Positions 37,701-49,300 of a stretch of DNA of 64,000 nucleotides are shown in pieces (the first letter of the stretch is position 1; each line of letters begins with the position of its first letter). This DNA comes from Azolla caroliniana. Taxonomy: Eukaryota; Plantae; Polypodiophyta. A program made the position numbers and the translations under genes. The stretch lies in assembly GCA_043228905.1 (NCBI GenBank), contig JBHGNT010000016.1, positions 15,996,001 to 16,060,000 on the forward strand. Direction: 5' to 3'. The notes beneath the pieces are model-generated. The model had not been told where the DNA came from. It saw nothing but the letters and a program-made list of their open reading frames with translations, and searched no databases.

Positions 37701-40228
37701 ATTCTTGCGTTCGGCCACTCCGTTTTGTTGTGGCGTATGTCGATACGAAAACTCTCACCGTATTCCTTCTTTTAGTAGAAACGCTGAAAATTCGTCGGAG
37801 AAGTACTCCTTGCCTCCATCCGACCGAAGACATCATACATGTCGGCCCGTGGCTTTCTCGACTTTATTCTTAAATTTTTGGAAGTGTCCGAACACTTCGC
37901 TCTTTTGTCGCATTGGGTAGATCCATGTGTGCCTAGAGAAGTCGTCGATGAAGGTCATGTAGTATCGGCATCCGCCGAATGTCGCCGTTTGAGCTAGACC
38001 CCATACATTGGAATGAATTACGTCGAGTACGCATTTGCTCAGGTTCCGCTCCTTCGGAAATGGGTGCCGATGTTGCTTGTCGAATTGGCAAGCGGCACAC
38101 ACGCCTTCAATCTCTTTCTCTGTGAATGTCGGGAGCCCGATGACGACTCCTTTCGATTGCATTGCCTTGAGCTTTTGGAGGTTGATATGGCCAGATCCGC
38201 TTGTGCCATAACTCTATGTCGGAATCGGCTTTCGAACATGGCCGATTTAATCTCGTGTGAGTCGAGAATGAACATTTGGCCCTGCCTTCGTCCGCGTGCG
38301 ATGAGTAGGCCCTCTTTTTCGATGAATCAACCGCCTTGATTAAATCGTACTTGCATTCCTTGCTCTACAATTTGGCCGATGGAGACCAAATTCTTCGTGA
38401 TAGTTGGTACATGTAAGACATTTTTAATATAAGTTTGCTTACCTTCTTCTCTGAATGGAATATTTCTGATGTGCCGAATTGGGTGCGTAGTATCGTCTCC
38501 GGTTTCAACATAGCCGGGTTGGTCCGGCTCTCGAAGTTCTCGGAACCATTCTTGATGCAACGTCATATGGTTCGAGGCACTAGAATCGACGAACCATACG
38601 TCTTACGGACCGGAGGCATTAGTAGAGGTAGAGGCCGACATAGAATTCACTCTATGTCTAATCACGAACATTCCGCCGTGATCGTCATAATCGGAGTTGA
38701 TGGCATAGTTGGTGAGTTGTCGGCAAGTGGAAGCCGACTCTCATATCTTCTTACGGCATTATTCTTCGTGGTGGCCGATTTTTCCGCAATATCCGCATTC
38801 GACCGAGCTTTGTCGGTTCGGACCGGAATGGAAGCTCCCCCTTCTTCTGAAGGTTCCTCAATGGCTTCCGTCTTGATGCCGAAATTGCGAGTTGTTTTCG
38901 TAAATCGGGCCTTGTCCGCCTTGTCCGCCGCGTCCTTGGCTGAATCGGCCTCTTCTTGCACGGCCACGTCCTCTTCCTCCGTCCGAATGCGTGTAGAGCG
39001 CTTGGCCTTTTGAGGCGTTGTTCCTTGTTCGAACATGATACTCTTTGACCAACAACATGGATTGAAGGTTGAAGGAGGGTGGATTCTCCTGTGCTAGTAC
39101 GGCAGTCCGCATCGCGCCGAATCGTGGTGCAAGGCCGCCGAGACATATTTGCACCATCTCGTCATCCTCCATGTTTACGCTTATCGAGCCGAGCGAATCA
39201 CAAAGCTCCTTGATCTTCAAGCTATAGCTCGTGATGGACATATCCCTTTGTTGGATATTATTCAACTCTTGGCGGAGTTGAAGCTTTCTCACGGTAGTGT
39301 TGGCGAGGAAAATCTTTCATAGATTCTCCCACGTTTCCTTCGGCGTCTTGGCTTCTCGAGTGTACCCGAGCATGTGGTCGTGAGCACATTTCGCCAAGCA
39401 ATACATCACTCGGCTTGCCACTTCGTCCCACGTAGCATAGTCGGCGTTTTCCAGGTTGGGCTAATTTTCTTGTGCTCCTTTGATGTAGCTCCAATAGCCT
39501 TGGCCGACAAGGTATTGGTGCATCTTGTATTGCCAAGATGCAAAGTTGTTGCGATCCAACTTCTTGCTAGGGAGAGCGCTCCCCATTTGAGTATGCATTG
39601 TCGACGTATATTTCTTCCTTCTTCCCTTTTCCTTCTCTCTCGAACACGAGCTATGTAGTCGCACTATGATAGCGATGAGCCAGTTCTTCTTGAACATCGA
39701 CGTAGAGCACAACACACGATCACGATGAGGCAATTGGGCTAGATTGAGGTACCAAATCGCTCTGATACCATGTAAAGAATCGGGTATGATTCTTGTGTAG
39801 CGGAAGAGATGTGTGTTATGTGTATGTGTGAGAGGAATTAGAGGAGAGATGAGAGAACACTAGATAGATAGACAAGAGAAATAAAATACTCAAGAAGAAG
39901 GTGTATATTTCACAAGTAGAATAAGAATTACAAAATGTAGCATAATAAGGAGTCACAACCGACTTAGTATGAAGTATGAGGAGGGTGCTTTATATAGAGT
40001 CACCCTCTCTCTTCATTAACTTTACAACAACCACTCTCTCTCTTGGCGAATCTGAAGACTCATAGTCATGGGGAATATGTAACTCATTAGTTATGTATCA
40101 TAGAATATGATTCTATGACACATAGTTAATGTGTAGAGAGTAGTGGTGTGACTCTTTACCTTTGAGTAATCATGGATTCTCAAACGGTGTGTTCACACGT
40201 TGCACTATGTTGAGCTTGATTCTCAACA
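34782..40228 (-). mobile_element. Ty1/copia LTR retrotransposon (copia-2), degenerate
   Basis: LTRs 34782-35236 and 39771-40228; TSD CTATT at 34777-34781 and 40229-40233; PBS TGGTATCAGAGC (rc 39759-39770); PPT CTTGAGGGGGCG (rc 35237-35248); fragmented gag, INT, RT (LYVDDL) and RH. Confidence 0.96.
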
Positions 40229-41280
40229 CTATTACTATTTTTCTTTCAGCTATACATTGAAAGTACGACATAATCTACTTATTATCCCCGGGTGTCATTG
40301 ATTCCTGTGACCTTGTCTGGTCGTGTCGGTTCTCCGGCCCCGGTGCGGTCGGTTCTTTTTCAGGGGCATCCTCACTTCAAACGGTAGGCACGCCCGGTTG
40401 ATCTCCAATGCTTGCTTTCCCGGTAGCCTGTTGTTCTTTATTTTGCTCTGGTGCTTTGAATGGGTTTGCAAGCATGGGTCCCTTGTATGGTGTAAGCCGG
40501 AAACCATTTACCCATTTTTCTAGTAGTTCCTCGGCTAATGTTCCTAGCTAGTACGACCCCTTGAACTCCTTCATAATCTAGTATGGTCCTGTCCAGCCAA
40601 ACAAGAGCTTTCCCGGCATACTCCCCATCATGTCCAGCGAAACAAGAGCTTTCCCGACATATTCCCCATCCATGTCTGAAACATCGGTTTGCCAATTTGA
40701 AATTCCTTCTCATTGCCTTGTTGGTGTTAGTCGACAATGCTCTAACTCTAATTGCATTAAACTCAGGATCCAGTGCTCCTCGAGCTCGGAGAATGTCTCC
40801 AACTAGACCCGTTTTGACTACTGCTCGCTTAACCGTTCACGCACTTGTAGTCGCAAGATGGGAATCTGAAATTCTATAGCCAAACTAGATTGAGGCCGAA
40901 TGCCAACCAGAACGATGTCGACCGAGTGCCATGAGGGTATTTGACAAAATTTTGAAAAAACTAAGGGCATTGTCAAAAGTTTAGAAAAACTTGAGGGTGT
41001 AATACATCCTTTTTAAAACTCATCAGCCTGAAAGAAATGGACGTGATAGACTACGAGAAATCACAAAAAATTAAAGGAAGAACACACATACACACAACGC
41101 TTTTTTAAAGACCAGAAGAAGGATGATACCTGAATGTGAAAGTGCCGAAAGAACGGGAACGTTCGTGTCGAGGCAGATACACTAATAGATGGAGATGTTT
41201 AAGTCAAGCATTCTGATCGAGGGCGTCAACCGATGAGAAGGGCGATGAAGTTTCCGGTCAATTAGAGATGATGAAGGCAT

Positions 41281-41630
41281 GTTGGATCGACGTGCAAGGC
41301 ACTGTCCCATGGGTGTGCCATAATGTGTTACTGTTGTACATAGAGTTGAGTGTGACAAGCATGGAAAAGTAAATTGTTATTGTGTATGTATAAATGTGCA
41401 CCTGTGTAATTGTGAGTGTGAGTAGATACGTATGTGAACACATTGACATGTGTGTGCATGTTGACAAATACGAAAAGGTGTGAGTGAGTGATTAATGTGA
41501 ATGGCCAAGGGTGCTTGCACCCCTATCTATATACCCCTTTTGTAACTATTTAACCCCCTTATGGGGAATGAATGAAACATAAGGAAGTGCTCTCTTTATT
41601 ATTCTCTTGAGACTTCTCTCTCTCTCTCTC
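41281..41630 (+). mobile_element. Relic F: 3' end and LTR start of another A-like element
   Basis: GATCGAC-GTGCAAGGCAC-TGTCCCATGGGTGTGCCA followed by TGTTAC (~41326) and TATA-like CTATATA; interrupted by a LINE at a (CT)n tract. Confidence 0.6.
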
Positions 41631-41631
41631 A

Positions 41632-43285
41632 CCTTATCACCCTTCGAGTCTTAATGGAGGAAAGTCGCCTTAGAGGTAAAGGTTTATATTGTTGCTTTGT
41701 AGACTTCAAGAAAGCTTTTGATATGGTACCTCGTGAGCATCTTTGGAGGCGAATGGAAGAACTTGAGGTGCCAAGTGAATATATGCTTGCAATTTCCCAA
41801 ATTTATGAGAAGGTTATATGTTCTGTGTGCATGAGATAAACTTTCAGATTTTTTCAAAAGCACTATTGGTGTTAAGCAAGGAGGCCCACTCTCACCAACA
41901 CTATTTGGTCTATGCATTGATGAATTGGAAGAAATGGTTACCAAGTTTGCAAAGGAAGAATGTGTTGAAGAAGTTGCCATTGGGAATGTTGTGATTATGC
42001 TTTTGCTATATGCAGATGATGTAGTGCTTTTTTGCAAATACTTAAGGAGATGAACAAAAGCTTATGAAGGCATTGGAAAATTTTTGCATGCATACTAAAT
42101 TAAGTGTCAATAGCTCTAAAACAAAGATTATCCTTGTGAAGAGCCAAAAAAGAGATAAACCATGCATTATGTACAACAATGAGCCACTTGAATGTGTGAA
42201 AAACTTCAAATATCTTGGCCTTGAAGTTCCTTCAAATCATAGATGGAATAAATGTGCTACACGCCGCTTAGAGGCGGGTAAGCGAGCATACTATGCATTT
42301 GAGAACACATGCAATCTTAGAGATATTAAGTGTTGGGTCCTCAAGAAATATCTTTTCGACACTTTGGTAACAATGGTTCTTCTCTATGGGGTGGCAGTAT
42401 GTGGCAGTAGCATCCCTAAATCTATGTGGAAAGATTTTGAAAATGTCCAAAAACATTTTCTTACAAAGTTTCTACAAGTTAAGAAACAAATGCCCTACAC
42501 CCTCCTCCTTGAGACGGGATCACTTCCCATTGAGATCATGGCCATCGAAAGGATTGTTGAATGCATGCTTAAGGTTCAAAAAAGTCCCTCACATCGACTT
42601 CCTAGAATTGCGTGGGAAGCAAGAAAAAAGATCCAAAAGACGCATAAAAGCAAAATTTTGTGTTCCGGTTGGATGCAAGATATTGAAAAATGGTTTTGTA
42701 GATGGGATGCGAGACACTTGCTTTATGATGCATCATTAGATTCCTCTGTAAATGAGGCCTTCTTGCAATGCCAATGTATCATGACATGGGACAAATGTGG
42801 AGGCTCACGCTTCACACATTATACTACACATGTTGCACCTAACTACAAAACCATATTCTTTGTGGAACGGGGAAATCGTACACATAGATACATGTTAGAG
42901 CCCATACCGTTATCTGCCATTCGAACCATTGCTTCCATGAAACTTAGCTCACATGCATTGCGATGTGAAACAGGGCGTTGGGGCACAAGTGATAAGAGTG
43001 GTCGGCTATGCACACTTTGCCCTAAACAAGTTCGTGAGTCTGAGTATCACACTTTGATACAATGCTCTGCCTTTGATCATAGTCGCCCATGCTTTCCACA
43101 TCTCTTCAACCGAGCCCAATCTTTGCATGAATTCCTCTCACAACCACAATGTGCACTCTCGATTGCAACATTCATTGGTAAAGTTCTTGAACATCGAGAG
43201 TTCCTACTCACTTTCACACGTATCACATGAAATGTAATATTTTTGGTCTCATAGGTCATATTTGACCTCCGAAGACGATAGTATA

Positions 43286-43317
<32 letters not shown>
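41632..43317 (+). mobile_element. 5'-truncated LINE (RTE/RTEX-like) with RT, C-terminal Cys/His domain and (ATCT)n tail
   Basis: CCFVDFKKAFD, GVKQGGPLSPTLF, LLYADD, FKYLG, LRCETGRW..RLCTLC..ESEYHTLIQC; tandem ATCT tail 43286-43317. Confidence 0.88.
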
Positions 43318-43479
43318 CCCCCTTACATTGAAACCCCTTGGGAGTTGGGTGGAGCCATTCTATGCATCACCTCCTTACCCACAATTCTTATCAATCTTGG
43401 TTCCATCCCCCCACAATATCTCCATCGTCACACCGTTCATCATAATCATCATCACCCCTAACCCTAAACCAATAATAAT

Positions 43480-43890
43480 GGCCATATAATATCTCGTGAG
43501 ATTGTACCGTAGTATTCTATACACATGGATAAAGTGTGAGGGTTAAACGAGAGTGTAAAGAAGGGAAGGATTGCTTTTAATCCTTGGGATTGAGACAACC
43601 CATTAAGGCAAAGTGTGAACTTGCCTAGGGGCCTTAGGTTTGGATATAAATATGAGGCCTAGATACCCTCATTTGACATCTATTGACTACGTCGAGACTC
43701 TGTCCTTGTGGTAGATCAACTCTTGTAGCGAGTGCCAGTACTAGGTACGACTCGACGCCACGACAGTGGTATGGGACGCCTATCGAGGCTTGAGACTGTA
43801 TTGATCCCTTCGCTCATTGGTGGTGGGATGGATCGACACCCTTCTTTCTCTCTCCCTCTCCTCTCTTATCTATTTATCTATATTATCCTT
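43480..43890 (+). repeat. Chromovirus-type LTR fragment, same family as the foldback arms
   Basis: Shares GAGAGTGTAAAGAAGGGAAGGATT, TATAAATATGAGGCCTAG and GGTATGGGACG with 31857-32479. Confidence 0.85.
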
Positions 43891-46398
43891 GTCAAATGCT
43901 TACATTATGATCTACCTTTGATACCACTCCCAATGTGTGAATGAAATTGGATCCTCATAGTATAAAATGTATATGAGTAGTGTATGGTGAATACGATGGT
44001 ATAAAGGGATATAAATGATTTAACACACAAAATAGGTAATTTATTTGTAGCCGATTTTTTATTATAAACAACACTATCCTCAAAATATCCCACATCCTTA
44101 CAAAATAATCTCACTAGACAATATAAATAAAAATAAAATACCAAGGGCACATCCACAAGCATAGCTAGTGGCGATGTTGGAGAAGTAGATGGTGATGCTA
44201 GAGAAGTTGGTGGCAACATACTAGTTGAAGGCAACATAGAGGTGGCTCATCGTAATGATGTCAATAGTGGCGGTGGCATGGTGGAGCCAAAAAATAATGA
44301 AAGAAACGCTCCTCTCATTCCAATAATTAACAATAAGCCTTATACCTTCTCAATTCTCTCAATTCTTCACAAACCCCAACCAAAATTTCTATTTCTCCTT
44401 GACTTTTGAAAATTAAAAACTTCCAAATTCTACCCTATTCAAATTAAAAACTTCCAAATTCCACAAGCCAACCCTTAGGATTTTCACATCATTCAAATCA
44501 AGCTTTAGGATCCTCTTCAAAAGATATCTCTCAAGGTAACACCTCTCTGATTGAAAACATAGCGAGCCCCTTAGATATGAAGAAGAAGATATATAGATCC
44601 CTAAATGATAATCAGGATATTACTAATGCGATGGAAGCACTACTGGTGGATTTAGATGAAGAAATCAAGCATACTCAAAATTGTGAAGCACAGACTGCTT
44701 TCGACAACATTCAAGCATCAGTGAAAGAATCAATACAAAGCCCTGAACAACTTAAATGGCAAAAGGCCATGCAAGTGGAAATCAATGCGCTAGAAAAGAA
44801 TGGGACATGGAGATTAGTGCCCCTAGCCAATGGTAAGAATGTTATTTCTTGCAAATAGAAAGCTCCATAGATTCAAGGCACACTTTTTGCGATAGGATAA
44901 ATACCCAAGTCCATGGAATCGATTATAAAGATAACCTTGTACCAACTTTCAAGATGGTTCCTACATGCTTAATGTTTAACATAGTCGGAGGACTAAATCT
45001 TGAACTTCATCATATTGACATCGAGGTTGCCTTCTTGCATGGTCATCTTGACAAAGAAATATACATGGAACACCGTTCATACTATAAGCTCAACAATCAC
45101 TCCTTATCGACAAATACTTTGTGATCTAATATTTTCACGCTTGTAGGTGCATCAATTTCCCTTCCAATTACTGACACCAGGTACATTGTTGCAGTCCTTA
45201 CTGCAAAAGAAGACCTTTGGATAAAGAAAATCATTGAGGAGCTTGACATCTTTGAGCAAATAGAAATGACGGTGTTTCGTAACAATCCATCAACCACAAA
45301 ACTTGCAATAAAACCAAACATAATTGATCAAAATAAACATATTCGAGCACATCATCATTTTATCAATAACTTCAATGCATTGTTACCGGCCGACAAAGGA
45401 GTCCAGAGTGTGAAACGAGGAGTTATTTAATTAGTAGGAATGGTTGTAAGCTATGAGTGTGGACGGACAGACCGGAATCGGTATGCCGTTCCAGATCCGG
45501 ACCGATCCCAAACAGGTGCGGATGGCACTGTTTTGTAATACAGGCCGGAAACCTATTTAAAGGTCCGAATACAATGTAATGAATAGCGGTTAATTAATAA
45601 AGCTTAGTGTTGTTATCTCTGTGTGTTAATTGTCGTTCTGCATTCATTGTTATATCTTACGCGTGTGATTATTAAAGACGATCATGCTAAGTAACCTAAT
45701 TAAGTCGGATTAATCGTTGAGTCTAATCCTGTTGCCGTAACACCCCTTTGGTGAAGTGTCTTCCGTAGACACCCTGTGTTAGGCCATTGTCCGGCCCTAA
45801 GAGTTAACACAGTTTTTGGCGACCACGATTCCTGTTTTTGCAGTGAACGACGGCACAGATGGATGACTAGATCAACGCACGGCTCAAGCAAAAGATAGAT
45901 GATTTTGAGCACCTGCACTGGGACTACATGTTACCGGCCGGCAAGGAGTCCAAAATACGGAGTGAAGGAGTTAATTAAGTGTGGTTGTAAATAAGCATAG
46001 TGTTGACGGACGGACTGGAAACGGTATGCCGTTCCAGATCCGGACGGATCCCGAATAGGTGCGATAGGCACCGTTTTGTACTACGGGCCGGAAACCTATT
46101 TAAAGGCCCGGACCCCATTGTAATCGCAGCGGATAATTAATAGAGCATATGGTGTTTATACTTCTGTGTTGATTTCCGTTCTGTACTTACTGTTATATCT
46201 TACGCGTGTAATTAACGAAAGCGCTCTAATCGTGTAACTTACGTAAGTCGGTGTAATCGTTGAGTCATAATTCTATGCCGTAATCACCCTTTGGTGAAGT
46301 GTCTCCGTGACACCTTGTGTTAGGCCTTGTCCGGTCAGAGAATAACACAGTTTTGGCGACCACGATTCCTGCTTTCTCGCAGCGAACGACGGTAATGG

Positions 46399-49300
46399 AT
46401 GACTAGACCAACGCACGACCTGGTTACAGACCGAGCTCGACGCCTCGCCGAACGGCAAAGACGGCGTGAGACTTTCCAGCAAGCAGCGCACGAAATTCGC
46501 TCGGATCGTTCGTTCTCCAACGAGATCCGGAGAGTCGCGGAGGAATCTCTTCGGCTACAGCAAACTCGCGACCAGGATGACGGAAGTAGTCTAAGTAGTC
46601 TCCGGGAAACCGAACGCCTCCTGGAGGCGCTGGCAAGCGGAGAAAACGAGGCAGAAGCCTTTTCAGCCTACGAATCGGATTCCGAAGGGGGATACAGCGT
46701 GCACACGAACTACCGGAGCAGCAACGATACCCCCGGCGGCCCGGAGGACGACGGGTCGGATACCGTGCCGACTCCAGAACCGGAACCGCTCGACCAGGGC
46801 TATCCCGAACCGCAAACGGAAGCCGTCAACCCACCAACACCGGAAGTGGAAGAAGCAAAGCCACCGACACCAACGAAAGAGCCGGCGAAGGTACCGGAAG
46901 ACGAGCCGGTGAAAGCACCGGCAAAACAACCGGAAGTGGAACCGGAGAGAAAACCGGAAAGATATCAACAAACGCCACTAAACCGCGGCCTAATACTGGA
47001 CGACGACATGCCGTTCCAATACTCAAAGTATCGCAATGATCCGGACGCGGAAGCGCATGTTCATGCCTTCGAGCAGACATGGGAAGCAAATCACACGTCC
47101 CAGCGAATGACACCGGAGGAAGAAGAACGCTCGAAGATAGCGGAATTCGGGGTCACGTTGGAAGGACCAGCGACACGATGGCGGCGGACGCAGGACCCGG
47201 CGACCATCACAACCTTTGCAGAATTAAAAGCAAAATTCTTGCATTTTTTCCACAAGGAGGTCGACCAGACGACAATGGTGGGCCTGTTTTATACGATCCG
47301 ACAGGAGGCAGGGGAAAGCATTCCCCAATTCGTCATCCGTTTCCAACGAATGCATAGCCAGCTTGCCCGTGCACCTCCGGAGGAGGAATTTCGGACGATA
47401 TTTTTAAACGCACTCCGGGAACCGTTATGCACGGTGTGTACGGTAATCGACTTTCGAGGAAGCAGCATTGACCAGGTCATTGACCGGGTCAGAGAAATGG
47501 AAAAGTCAAGCTCATGGCTTACACTGGGAACACTGCAACGGGCGTTACCCACCGAGGAAGATCTCCGGTTCCGGCAGGCAATTCAATGCACAATCTGCTT
47601 GAATGCCGGACACTCGGCAGTGGAGTGCACCATGCGAACCCAGTGTGTGATTTGTCAATCCAAGAGTCATACAACGGACCGGTGCGAGTATAACCTGCTA
47701 AACCGACAAGCACCACCCGTCCGACGGATCGAGCCAAGAAGCAGCCGAGACGAAGATGAAGATCGTTGGCAAAAAATGAACCGGTACCGACCGGCACAGG
47801 ATGTCCGGTACGGAGACAGACAAGAGAATGATGGCCAGTACGGGGATCGGCATGATAACTACGACCGGTATGAGCGATCAGACCGTTATCGGGAGCCCAA
47901 CAGACGACACGAGCAATACGACAGAGACCATTCCCCTGGTTACCGAAGGCACCAGGAGGACTACGGCCGATTTTACGATCCACCACGATAGGACTACCGA
48001 AATAAAAATAAGAATAATAAGAAACGTAATTTCAAGAAAGGTGGTCACCCTAGGGACCCGGAACATGGAACCCCAAGGAGCCAACCGGCACAGAACGCAC
48101 CTATTCGGGATCCGTCCGGACCGACTCCGGCTACCAGCAATGCCGAATCCAACAATACCCGGAAAGAGTACTGCTACTACTGCAAGCAGGAAGGCCACTA
48201 CAGTAACCAGTGCCCGGCAAAGAGCTACGATAAACGACCAGCAGTTAATATGGTGGTTCCGGAAGTGGCGGATATACAGCAAGTAACCACACGGTTGAAA
48301 GGCATGGCCAAAGAGTGGGAAACACAAGAGGCCATACGAAAACAGGCGACGGAATGGGTGAAGGAAGCCAATGAAAGGAACGTCGCGGACGCGGAACGGC
48401 AAAAGGCGGATACCATAGGGAGTGCCGGCGGTAGCCACCCAGAAAACGAGACATGGCAAGCACTGCAAGAATGTCAGATCACGTTGCCATTAGGAAGACT
48501 CTTACAGCTCGTGCCGCGATTTACGGAAGGACTAAAAACGGTCATGACAGACGGTATAGCCCCACCGGCACCAGTCCTTTTCTCGAATCCGGAGGAAGGA
48601 CCGACGGTGGTGGACACTAGTAGTCCGGTGATTATAGCTATTGTCAAAGGGCACGAACTTCCCGGCACAGTAATCGATGGAGGTTCCGGGGTGAACGTAA
48701 TAAGCCTCCGCACGTGTGATGCCTTGGGTATACATGAATGGGAGCCATGTCCGTTCTGGCTACGGATGGCGGATACGAGCTCTGTACGGCCGACGGGCTT
48801 AATACGGAAATTGGAAGTCACCATAGGAGGTCACACATTTCACATCTCGCCTGTAGTGCTGCAGCTACAGGCGCAAGGCGCGTACCCACTGTTGCTGGAC
48901 AGACCATGGTTGAAAACAGCACACATCAAGCAAAATTGGCGGAAAAATATGATTACCTTCCGGCGCGGAAAAGCCAAGGTCCGGGTACCGACACAACCAC
49001 GGACGAGCAACGGTAAGGAATGCACACCGCTATATGCGGAATGCGTGAACATGCTTGAAGGGTTGGCAGACGACGAAGAAGCCCAGTACTTGGAGGAACA
49101 CCCGAAGATCGTACCACTCTTCGAGATTGACGTAGCTGAGGCCGTAGCGCCATACTTGCCGCAGCGGGACGAAACCGAAGCCGAACCAGACAAAGATTCG
49201 ATTCGGGAATTACGGCAAGCACAGGAAGCGTTGGAACGGGAAATGGCCGTTTCCCAACGGGTAAAAACATCCCAGCTCGACGAAGTGAACCTAGGAAGCA

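Larger units (their letters stand above)
30070..40900 (-). mobile_element. Decayed A-like gypsy element C (INT end and ORF2 remnants) carrying nested element D and copia-2
   Basis: INT C-terminus KWVNGFRLTPYKGPM at ~40470-40520; ORF2 N-terminus MALSAEAKDWLQRNWLEGF, FGEFSITSRAY, PPRPLAMPK, VDWPLI (33850-34392); PAKPIRIKLRRR at ~30280-30320. Confidence 0.8.

Noticed and set aside
47989-47991. Programmed gag/pol stop-codon readthrough in B
   Set aside because: Element A is open through this region, the stop lies before the last zinc knuckle, and it fits CAG>TAG.
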